Source: the human T2T-CHM13v2.0 reference genome, Homo sapiens
NCBI RefSeq assembly: GCF_009914755.1
Contig: NC_060941.1
DNA: 64,000 nt
Reading direction: 5' to 3' (one strand)
Below are positions 23,876 through 36,297 of this stretch, piece after piece. Within the stretch, counting starts at the first letter, position 1. Each line of letters starts with the position of its first letter. The notes below the pieces were generated by a model. That model had not been told where the DNA came from, ran no database searches, and saw nothing but the letters and a program-made list of their open reading frames with translations. Both the position numbers and the translations under genes were made by a program.

Positions 23876-26506
23876 GATGGCATTTTTGCAGGCTGGCTTT
23901 GGAATAGATGGACAGTTTGTTTCCTGTCTGATAGCACCACACGCAAACCAACCTTTCTGACATCAGCACTTTACCAGAGGCATAAACACAACTGACTCCC
24001 ATTTTGGTGTGCATCTGTGTGTGTGTGCGTGTATATGTGCTTGTGCTCATGTGTGTGGTCAGCGGTATGTGCGTGTGCGTGTTCCTTTGCTCTGGCCATT
24101 TTAAGGTAGCCCTCTCATCGTCTTTTAGTTCCAACAAAGAAAGGTGCCATGTCTTTACTAGACTGAGGAGCCCTCTCGCGGGTCTCCCATCCCCTCCCTC
24201 CTTCACTCCTGCCTCCTCAGCTTTGCTTCATGTTCGAGCTTACCTACTCTTCCAGGACTCTCTGCTTGGATTCACTAAAAAGGGCCCTGGTAAAATAGTG
24301 GATCTCAGTTTTTAAGAGTACAAGCTCTTGTTTCTGTTTAGTCCGTAAGTTACCATGCTAATGAGGTGCACACAATAACTTAGCACTACTCCGCAGCTCT
24401 AGTCCTTTATAAGTTGCTTTCCTCTTACTTTCAGTTTTGGTGATAATCGTCTTCAAATTAAAGTGCTGTTTAGATTTATTAGATCCCATATTTACTTACT
24501 GCTATCTACTAAGTTTCCTTTTAATTCTACCAACCCCAGATAAGTAAGAGTACTATTAATAGAACACAGAGTGTGTTTTTGCACTGTCTGTACCTAAAGC
24601 AATAATCCTATTGTACGCTAGAGCATGCTGCCTGAGTATTACTAGTGGACGTAGGATATTTTCCCTACCTAAGAATTTCACTGTCTTTTAAAAAACAAAA
24701 AGTAAAGTAATGCATTTGAGCATGGCCAGACTATTCCCTAGGACAAGGAAGCAGAGGGAAATGGGAGGTCTAAGGATGAGGGGTTAATTTATCAGTACAT
24801 GAGCCAAAAACTGCGTCTTGGATTAGCCTTTGACATTGATGTGTTCGGTTTTGTTGTTCCCCTTCCCTCACACCCTGCCTCGCCCCCACTTTTCTAGTTA
24901 ACTTTTTCCATATCCCTCTTGACATTCAAAACAGTTACTTAAGATTCAGTTTTCCCACTTTTTGGTAATATATATATTTTTGTGAATTATACTTTGTTGT
25001 TTTTAAAAAGAAAATCAGTTGATTAAGTTAATAAGTTGATGTTTTCTAAGGCCCTTTTTCCTAGTGGTGTCATTTTTGAATGCCTCATAAATTAATGATT
25101 CTGAAGCTTATGTTTCTTATTCTCTGTTTGCTTTTGAACGTATGTGCTCTTATAAAGTGGACTTCTGAAAAATGAATGTAAAAGACACTGGTGTATCTCA
25201 GAAGGGGATGGTGTTGTCACAAACTGTGGTTAATCCAATCAATTTAAATGTTTACTATAGACCAAAAGGAGAGATTATTAAATCGTTTAATGTTTATACA
25301 GAGTAATTATAGGAAGTTCTTTTTTGTACAGTATTTTTCAGATATAAATACTGACAATGTATTTTGGAAGACATATATTATATATAGAAAAGAGGAGAGG
25401 AAAACTATTCCATGTTTTAAAATTATATAGCAAAGATATATATTCACCAATGTTGTACAGAGAAGAAGTGCTTGGGGGTTTTTGAAGTCTTTAATATTTT
25501 AAGCCCTATCACTGACACATCAGCATGTTTTCTGCTTTAAATTAAAATTTTATGACAGTATCGAGGCTTGTGATGACGAATCCTGCTCTAAAATACACAA
25601 GGAGCTTTCTTGTTTCTTATTAGGCCTCAGAAAGAAGTCAGTTAACGTCACCCAAAAGCACAAAATGGATTTTAGTCAAATATTTATTGGATGATACAGT
25701 GTTTTTTAGGAAAAGCATCTGCCACAAAAATGTTCACTTCGAAATTCTGAGTTCCTGGAATGGCACGTTGCTGCCAGTGCCCCAGACAGTTCTTTTCTAC
25801 CCTGCGGGCCCGCACGTTTTATGAGGTTGATATCGGTGCTATGTGTTTGGTTTATAATTTGATAGATGTTTGACTTTAAAGATGATTGTTCTTTTGTTTC
25901 ATTAAGTTGTAAAATGTCAAGAAATTCTGCTGTTACGACAAAGAAACATTTTATGCTAGATTAAAATATCCTTTCATCAATGGGATTTTCTAGTTTCCTG
26001 CCTTCAGAGTATCTAATCCTTTAATGATCTGGTGGTCTCCTCGTCAATCCATCAGCAATGCTTCTCTCATAGTGTCATAGACTTGGGAAACCCAACCAGT
26101 AGGATATTTCTACAAGGTGTTCATTTTGTCACAAGCTGTAGATAACAGCAAGAGATGGGGGTGTATTGGAATTGCAATACATTGTTCAGGTGAATAATAA
26201 AATCAAAAACTTTTGCAATCTTAAGCAGAGATAAATAAAAGATAGCAATATGAGACACAGGTGGACGTAGAGTTGGCCTTTTTACAGGCAAAGAGGCGAA
26301 TTGTAGAATTGTTAGATGGCAATAGTCATTAAAAACATAGAAAAATGATGTCTTTAAGTGGAGAATTGTGGAAGGATTGTAACATGGACCATCCAAATTT
26401 ATGGCCGTATCAAATGGTAGCTGAAAAAACTATATTTGAGCACTGGTCTCTCTTGGAATTAGATGTTTATATCAAATGAGCATCTCAAATGTTTTCTGCA
26501 GAAAAA

Positions 26507-26526
26507 AATAAAAAGATTCTAATAAA
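26507..26526 (+). terminator. Proximal polyadenylation signals (tandem AATAAA 26507-26512 and 26521-26526)
   Basis: Two AATAAA hexamers 14 bp apart followed by TGTATTCTCTTGTGTG (U/GU-rich). Further AATAAA at 26196-26201 and 26234-26239. Confidence 0.65.
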
Positions 26527-27786
26527 ATGTATTCTCTTGTGTGCCAGGAGAGGTTTCAGAAACCTACCTCGTCTTACAAATTTAAACACTTTGGAGTCTG
26601 TACAGGTGCCTTATATGTAGGTCATTGTCACGATACACACACACGAACACTCCCTCTGGACTGGCTGCCTCTCCATCCAGGGCAGTTAACTAGCAAACAA
26701 GGCAGATCTGCTTCATGGAGCGGGAGGCCATGGCTTGACTCTGAGTGATTTGGGTCAACCGGAGTCAGACGCATGTCTGCACGCTGCAGCTATTATGAGA
26801 GTCCCTTTGTCATTTTTCACCTTTTCATCCTAAGCATCTTTCAGAGATTAATTATTTGGCCATTAACAATGAATCCAAATCATATCATACTGACATCATC
26901 TAGACATGATTTGGAAGGAACAGCTTAGGACCTCCTGATGAGGTCACATTGTTGTTTCTTTTAACTAGACTTGGCAAAGAAAGGCAAAAATTGACCAGCC
27001 TATCTTTCTGCTGGTGCTGCCTTAAGGAGGTAGTTTGTTGAGGGGAGGGCTGTAGATCATTACTTCTTTCTCTTCAGGAAGTGGCCACTTTGAACCATTC
27101 AAATACCACATTAGGCAAGACTGTGATAGGCCTTTTGTCTTCAAATACAACAGGCCTCCACTGACCCATCCCTCAAAGCAGAAGGACCCTTTGAGGAGAG
27201 TACAGATGGGATTCCACAGTGGGGTGGGTGGAATGGAAACCTGTACTAGACCACCCAGAGGTTCCTTCTAACCCACTGGTTTGGTGGGGAACTCACAGTA
27301 ATTCCAAATGTACAATCAGATGTCTAGGGTCTGTTTTCGGAAGAAGCAAGAATTATCAGTGGCACCCTCCCCACTGCCCCCAGTGTAAAACAATAGACAT
27401 TCTGTGAAATGCAAAGCTATTCTTTGGTTTTTCTAGTAGTTTATCTCATTTTACCCTATTCTTCCTTTAAGGAAAACTCAATCTTTATCACAGTCAATTA
27501 GAGCGATCCCAAGGCATGGGACCAGGCCTGCTTGCCTATGTGTGATGGCAATTGGAGATCTGGATTTAGCACTGGGGTCTCAGCACCCTGCAGGTGTCTG
27601 AGACTAAGTGATCTGCCCTCCAGGTGGCGATCACCTTCTGCTCCTAGGTACCCCCACTGGCAAGGCCAAGGTCTCCTCCACGTTTTTTCTGCAATTAATA
27701 ATGTCATTTAAAAAATGAGCAAAGCCTTATCCGAATCGGATATAGCAACTAAAGTCAATACATTTTGCAGGAGGCTAAGTGTAAGA

Positions 27787-27841
27787 GTGTGTGTGTGTGT
27801 GTGTGTGTGCGCGTGCATGTGTGTGTGTGTGTATGTGTGTG
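27787..27841 (+). repeat. (GT)n-rich alternating purine-pyrimidine tract in the 3' UTR
   Basis: Direct reading; 55 bp of uninterrupted R/Y alternation. Confidence 0.95.
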
Positions 27842-28042
27842 AATAAGTCGACATAAAGTCTTTAATTTTGAGCACCTTACCAAACATAACAATAATCCAT
27901 TATCCTTTTGGCAACACCACAAAGATCGCATCTGTTAAACAGGTACAAGTTGACATGAGGTTAGTTTAATTGTACACCATGATATTGGTGGTATTTATGC
28001 TGTTAAGTCCAAACCTTTATCTGTCTGTTATTCTTAATGTTG

Positions 28043-28048
28043 AATAAA
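28043..28048 (+). terminator. Distal polyadenylation signal
   Basis: AATAAA with upstream TGTA (27971) and downstream T-rich tract TTTTTTCCTTTCTTTCATGTATTTTT. Confidence 0.8.
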
Positions 28049-28159
28049 CTTTGAATTTTTTCCTTTCTTTCATGTATTTTTATTAACAGTTGGCTAGCAA
28101 TGGTATTCTGTTCCCACCTCGGTAGCAAAGAGACCATTTGTAGAGATTATTACCTAGAT

Positions 28160-28165
28160 AATAAA
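28160..28165 (+). terminator. Additional distal AATAAA
   Basis: AATAAA just before the start of the MIR-derived flank. Confidence 0.5.
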
Positions 28166-28189
28166 ATGATAATACTATATAATTAGTAA

Positions 28190-28395
28190 TAAATTAACAT
28201 TTATTGGGTAGTTATGTGCCAGACACTGTGCTAAACACTTAGATGGAATATTTTATTCCATATTAGCTCTATGAGGTAGGGACAATTATTATCCCCATTT
28301 ACAGAAGACAAAATGGAAAGTTAGGAGAGTCACGTAGCTTACCTAATGTTACAGAGGTAAAAGTGGCTGAGATGAATTCTGATCCCTGGAGTGGG
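28190..28395. mobile_element. MIR
   Basis: ATGTGCCAGACACTGTGCTAAAC...ATTATTATCCCCATTTTACAGA. Confidence 0.8.
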
Positions 28396-28403
28396 CATTA
28401 TTT

Positions 28404-28729
28404 AGAGGGGTGGTTCCCAAAAGCCAGTCCACAGACTGTCTTGTTCTCTAATATATAAAGAATAATTCAGCAACATCTAGGAGTATAAATCCAGAGATTC
28501 TGAATCAGTAGTTCTTGGATGGGGCCCAGAAATCTGAATTTTTAAACTGATCCCAGCCAACTTCCATCTGCAGCCAAGTAATTGGTGTCAAGGATTTATA
28601 GACTTGGCTCTTAATTCAAGTTCATGACCCTTGGGGGATCCACGCAGAGGCTTCAGAGATGCCATAATTATCTGAAATTGTATGCAACTTTTTATGTATA
28701 AACATTTATTTTGCTGTAGAGAAGACTTG

Positions 28730-28765
<36 letters not shown>

Positions 28766-28940
28766 TTCCCTAAAGGAACCTGTGATGCAAGGCGGAATAA
28801 AACCCCTGATTCATGTAAGAAGGCTGATGTAGAGCAGTGGTTCTCAGCCCAGGGAGCCCAGTAGATTCACCTGGGGAGCTCAAAACCGGCTGTGTGGGGC
28901 TGCAGCCCAGGCCAAGAAACTCAGCATCTCCGGCATAGTG
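28404..28940. mobile_element. Cluster of hAT-derived MITE relics (MER5-like) with a poly-T run at 28734-28762
   Basis: CCAGAGATTCTGAATCAGTAG...GGGCCCAGAAATCTGAATTTTTAA; GCAGTGGTTCTCA...TCACCTGGGGAGC. Confidence 0.65.
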
Positions 28941-29457
28941 AGAAGGGGGCTCTGTGTTGAGGAGTACAATTCTGGATTCAAATCTGTCACCTAGTGGGTA
29001 TGTGACCTTGAGCAGCTTCTAAACCGTTTTGAACATAATCTCATCTGTGACATGAAGGTATACTCACTTCTGAGGGTTGTGGGGGGAACTAATGACAACA
29101 AATGAATTGTCTCTGGCACATCCGAGGCCTTCAACAGATAACTACATGGGGCCCACGAGAGCAGAATGGATGCCTTGAGCATTTTTCCAATTCAATATTT
29201 CAGACTATTCGTTCCTTCAGAGAGGACGGAAAAGAATTCCCCTGCTCATATGCCAGAGCAGGATGGCTGATGGTATGGGAATGGGTGGTAGAGACGTTGT
29301 TTCATAGTGTGACTTCACCAACAGTTCATAGACTAGCGCCAGCTTTGTGCACAAGGTCGATGGGCATCTCTTACTTGGTGACAACCTCTAGTTAAAATTG
29401 GGTGGTTACAAGTTAGGGTTCAGCTCTATTTTCATCCATCAAACACCTTTCACCTTT

Positions 29458-29751
29458 TTGTTGTTGTTGTTGTTGAGGTGGAGTCTCACTCTGTTACCAG
29501 GCTGGAGCGCAGTGGTGCGATCTCAGCTCACTGCAACCTCAGCCTCCTGGGTTCAAGCGACTCCTGCCTCAGCCTCCCAAGTAGCTGGGACTACAGGCAC
29601 ATGCCACCATGCCCAGCTAAGTTTTGTATTTTTAGTAGAGGCAGGGTTTCACCGTGTTGGCCAGGATGGTCTCGATCTCTTGACCTCGTGATCCGCCCAC
29701 CTCGACCTCCTAAAGTGCTGGGATTACAGGCGTGAGCCACTGCACCCAACC
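29458..29751 (-). mobile_element. AluS (Sc-like) with (TTG)n tail
   Basis: Both arms; TSD CACCTTTCACCTTT at 29444-29457 and 29752-29765. Confidence 0.94.
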
Positions 29752-29775
29752 CACCTTTCACCTTTCTCAGAGGAA

Positions 29776-29820
29776 TAAGAATAGTGACCTTAGCTTAAGA
29801 ATAGTGACCTTAGCCTAAGA
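29776..29820 (+). repeat. 20-bp period tandem duplication TAAGAATAGTGACCTTAGC x2.2
   Basis: Exact copies at 29776-29794 and 29796-29814, then TAAGA. Confidence 0.95.
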
Positions 29821-30539
29821 TTCTTCTGGGGCATCTTCAAATCTCTTGGAGGAAATGACTTCATGCCTGGAGAGCATTTGGATCCGAGATGGCAAGAACT
29901 GATATGAAGCCAAGCTGCGTAGACTCCCAGTCATACACAAGTCCTCAGTCCCTGGGGGCCCATCACATGCTGCATGTAGGATGGCTCTTCCATGCACACT
30001 TAAGCATAAGATGCCACCCAATCAAGCCCCTCTCTTCAAAGCATACAACTTCAATTTCCTTGTTGAAAATCATTGGCTTAGAAGTCTCTTTGGACATCTT
30101 TAGCTAGGAACTGGGTGAGAACTTTGAAATCTTGTCTTTGTGGTCAGAAGATGGCTTCTTGCTAATAAATCAAAAGGACCCTTTGGAGGAGATAGGACTA
30201 GTCAAAGGTGGCAAGCATCCTCTGCCTCTCTGGGTTTTGAGTCAGGGAGGACTTGGATCCAAAGTCCCTGTCTCTAACTTCTTTTTATCCTGCAAAGCCT
30301 GGCACAATGCCTGGAAATGGTATAGAGAGATAACAGTTACTGAGTCCTAAACCTGTGCCTTCCACATCTCTTTTAATCCTCACACTACAAAACAGGTACT
30401 ATTATTATCCCTGTTTTGCAGATAAAGAAACAGGCTTATGGAAATTAGGTAATCAGCATTTTTAACCCAGACCAAAGCCTGACCCCAGAGTTTGACAGGG
30501 GTGGGAAACATCAGGAGTTTACCAAACCTATTTATTTAC

Positions 30540-31324
30540 CTTCTGGACATTCAAGTAGACCACTTTTTCCAGACTCCCTTACCTCTAGTATGACCATTCA
30601 ACTGAATTCTGTCCAAAGGAACATAAGCAGAAGTAACCCCAGGTGTCATTTCCATGAAAGGCCCATAAACAGTGCCACCTGATGCTCTCTCTCTCCTTTT
30701 TTTCTGGCTCCTGGAGAAGATGGAGACTAAGAAGGAAGGGACCCAGGTCCCTGAGTATATGGCAAACGCACCTGACAGCAATAACTTCAGCATACTCTGA
30801 GAATGACCCTGTATGGCAGACACAGCTGAATGTGTGTTCAGAGTTCCAAGCTCAGGAATCGGGAGTGGCCAGCCTGGAGGTTCATTCTTTATCTGTGACG
30901 AACGTCTGAACCCCCAGCCTGTCCCAAGGACCACGAGCCATACAGGGGATCATAGTCCTCTATTTTGGGTTAAATGAAGGTTGTCAGGTGGAGGTTGTTA
31001 AGGGGAGGGTGCGAAGTGGAAATGCTGTTTTATAAACTACATACTATTTGCAAGTGGTTGTAGTTCTGTCTGGCCCACTGCCACTGGACCATCCCTACAT
31101 GTAAATTTCCTCTAATAATAATTTATATCTCATTTGCTAGCTCTGGGTTTCTTCTTCAGCCTCTCAAACATGGTTCCTTCCCTGTTGAGATTAACAGGGG
31201 TCTGGCATGACACTAAGTCATCAAACTGTTACACGAGGAAGGAAAAAGCCTCTCTGTATTAAACCATTGAGATACTGGGGTTTCTTGTTGCATGGACTAA
31301 CTGCTGATTAGCCTAACCCTAATA
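30540..31324 (+). mobile_element. Old MLT1 LTR interrupted by a second LTR (~30894-31212)
   Basis: CTTTTTCCAGACTCCCTT...GAACATAAGCAGAAGT; 3' part TTAAACCATTGAGATACTGGGGTTTCTTGTT. Inner segment TGTGACG...GGGGTCTGGCATGACA with TG..CA ends. Confidence 0.6.
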
Positions 31325-31574
31325 TGAGGACCTTCTTCTGAAGCCCAGTGTCCTTAATTTGAGGTCTTGACATCTTTGCCAGGTTCCCAACTGTAATCTA
31401 GGCTCATCACTCCTCACATACCTGACTTTGAGGTTTGTCCACCTTCTGGACAGACCTCCCACCCTGGTTAGGCTAAGCCTACTGGGTTGGACCTTCAGAA
31501 CATCACTGCCTACCTCTTCCCTCCATTTATCCTGCGTTTGAACACTGTCCAGAATTGTTCAATTGCTCTCAGGG

Positions 31575-31935
31575 TGTATTAGTCCATTTTTGTGCTGCTG
31601 TGAAGAAATACCTGAGACTGGGTAATGCATAAAGAAAAAGAGGTTTGATGGACTCACAGTTCCACATGGCTGAGGAGGCCTCACAATCCTAGCAGAAGGT
31701 GAAGGAGGAGCAAAGGCACATCTTACATGGCAGCAGGTGAGAGAGTGTGTGCAGGGGAACTGCCCCTTATAAAACCATCAGATCTTGTGATACTTATTCA
31801 CTATCACAAGAACAGCACGGGAAAAACCTGCCCCCATGATTCAATTACCTCCCACCAGGTCCCTCCCATGACACAGGATTGTGGGAGCTACAATTCAAGA
31901 CAAGATTTGGGTGGGGACACAGCCAAACCATATCA
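31575..31935 (-). mobile_element. THE1 (C-like) MaLR solo LTR
   Basis: TGTATTAGTCC...GGGGACACAGCCAAACCATATCA; exact 5-bp TSD CAGGG. Confidence 0.93.
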
Positions 31936-33259
31936 CAGGGGAAGCAGCCTCTACTTCCAGATCAGCTTTTCTACTCATTATCCTCTCCCGAATCCAAATT
32001 CTCTCCCTGGCCACTCAGTGCCCCCTTCATCCCCAGCCCCAGTTATTCAGGTACTCACTTCAAGATGAGGCCTACCATTTCTTAGAGCACTGGTCTTTCA
32101 GTTTTTTTGCTCACATGCTCCCAAAAATTCTTTTTAAACCATGAATCCACATTGCACATTATAAAGTTGACAACTAAAATTTTTTTAATCACAAGTTTAA
32201 ATAGTTGCAAAGGATGTAATAGCTGCTCTAAGTACTGGCATTTAAAAATAAGCTACTACATGACTCTTTTTAATATATCTGATGAACTATTAAAACCCTA
32301 GTGATTTACTACCAACCAACATCCATTTGAAAAATAGAGTTGGAATTTGTACACCACTTTTTTTTAATCAAAATAATTATTTACATTGTGTTTCCTCACT
32401 GAGTTTGTCTCTTATGTAATATATTTTTATGCCTGAAAGTCTTATATTGTCCCTCCATCGTATTTCTCAGTCATAAAACAACAGCTATAGACTGAGATTC
32501 TTATTTTTATTTTCAAAAAAAATAAAACAAGGCTCATAAATTTTTTATCTTTAGGTATGAGTTATGGTTACCTTCATTACTAGCACATGCATGATCAAAA
32601 CCATGTCTATAGTAAAATTTTAAATAATTATTATCCATGAAAAATAAAATTTTAACAGGACTACAAATCTAGGAAGATGGATAGGAGTGGTTGTGGATAA
32701 CTGATAAAGAAAAAGACTTCACAGACAACAAACTTCCTTGTTGTCCCTTTGTCTGGTGCCACAGACATTTTTATGCCTGGAACTGGAGCCCAGAGCTAGA
32801 GTAAGATTTAGCCTGGGTAGGAAGTATACCTATGTTTTGTAAAACGAGAGAAATGTGATTGTAAAAGGAGAGGAAAGGAAAAAAAAAAAAAAACCAACCA
32901 GCGTGAGGCCTCATCAACAACCACTTTCTCAGGCAGGTCAATTTTAAGAAAAAATACGTATAGAATTTGAGGACCTAGAAATTCCCTTAAGACTTACCTA
33001 TGCAAATATATCCCTTGGATATACTTTATGCAGCACTAGATGTGTGTCCTGCTGACTTAAAGCAGGGCATTAGAGTGGGGCTGATGGAGGTAAAAGAGCA
33101 GAAGGGTTATTTGGCCAGTTCTAACATTTTTGAAGGGGCTCAAATTAGAATGTTTGATTTGTTTCCAAGTGAATATACATATTCCTAAAGATAGAATGAC
33201 AACTTTTTTTGTAACTTTCTTCTGGCATTTCTATATCTTTTGAAATGTCCCTTATAGCC

Positions 33260-33790
33260 CCTAAAATAGAATTGGCCTCATGCCTCCCATAAGCTCTGAT
33301 GGGGCACAGGATGGGTCTGGGGAGTCCCCAGAAAGAAGGTGATGGTTGAAGTGAGTGAAGATAAGCAGGAGCTTGTCAGGAAGAGATGGAGAGGGATATC
33401 CCAGGTGGCAACACAGAGGTAAGAGAAAAGAACAGAACACTCCCACAGGCGACAGCATGGTAGGTGCAAAGGGTATACGGTGAGCGGTAAAAAATGAGGT
33501 ATGACCAGACCATGAAATTCCTTGCATGCTGCTCTAAGGCCTTTGGACTTTAGCCTGACCAGGAGAATGACATGAGCAGGTTTCTATGTTAAAAATATTA
33601 TACTGGCAGTTAAGAGGAAGATGGATTGCAAAGAATTAGGAAGAGTGAGGGAGATTTCTACTTTAGTCTCTGAGTAAGTCTCTAGGGATGAGGTGGGTGC
33701 ATAGATTCAGAGCTATCTAGGAAGGTTTAGCCTGCAGGGTTTAGTAGAAGGGGTCAAGGACAGCTCTAAGTTCCATGATCTCGGTCGATC
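33260..33790. mobile_element. L2 relic
   Basis: CCCAGGTGGCAACACAG...CTTTGGACTTTAGCCTG...GGAAGATGGATTG. Confidence 0.55.
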
Positions 33791-34304
33791 TATGGTTCAC
33801 GGTCAGGGATGCACATAAGAATCCTCTCAGGAGTCTGCAAAAACACCCATGCCTGGCACCACCCTGTGACTCGTTGAATTTGCAGCCTCTGGTGTGGAAC
33901 GCCAGCCCATTTTCCTTAGAAAGCTCTCTTGGTTTATTCTACTCTGCACTCTCTGGGTGAGAGGAATATGGGCCAGGAATTGTAGGCTTCATCTTTCCGT
34001 TAAAGAAATCAAAGCTCAAAGAGTTCTGAAATCAGAATTCCTGGAGCAAAGCATATAACTAGGGAAATGGTAATGCCAGGATTTGAACCCAAGTTACTTG
34101 GACTTCAAGCCCCTTCCTGTTCCAGACGTGCTGATCCTTGCCTACCTGCCCACTTCTGCTTCCTGTTTGACCACCTGTCCTATATATTCCTGAGTGTGGC
34201 TGATGTGTTCATAATTTCAGCCCTGCCTCCATCCACAGCTGCCTGACTAGGAGGGACACCTGGCCCCAGAGGAGCCACTCCATTGAATCAGCTGATATCT
34301 AAGA

Positions 34305-35188
<884 letters not shown>

Positions 35189-35385
35189 TCAGTGGAGGAA
35201 TGAATGGCAGATTAGTACATGTCCTTGCAATCCTTCAAAGTCCTTGGATTTCCTTGATTCTTGCCCTTCCTGATGTCTAACTGTTGCGCTTCCCTTGAAT
35301 TCTGAACAATATCTAGCATTATAATTACCCTTTCCCGCCCCACCTTTTTTTAGGCTACTTTGAGTAGGCTTCTATCTCTTGCAAC

Positions 35386-36297
<912 letters not shown>

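Larger units (their letters stand above)
23876..28070 (+). other. HLF: HLF long 3' UTR (end approximate; possible extension to ~28185)
   Basis: Follows the stop codon; AU-rich, free of recognisable interspersed repeats for ~4.3 kb, many miRNA seed matches; ends at AATAAA 28043-28048 with a U-rich downstream tract; MIR/MER repeats start immediately after ~28190. Confidence 0.88.

Noticed and set aside
23876-23995. 39-codon in-frame extension after the HLF stop (possible readthrough)
   Set aside because: Context is UAG-G, not the leaky UGA-CUAG type, and the length is within chance.
23503-24206. Antisense ORFs of 147, 81 and 185 aa over exon 4
   Set aside because: Shadows of a GC-rich exon extended by the (CA)n-like tract.
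32085-33080. Possible hAT/Charlie DNA transposon relic
   Set aside because: Suggestive AT-rich body, but termini and family could not be established by eye.
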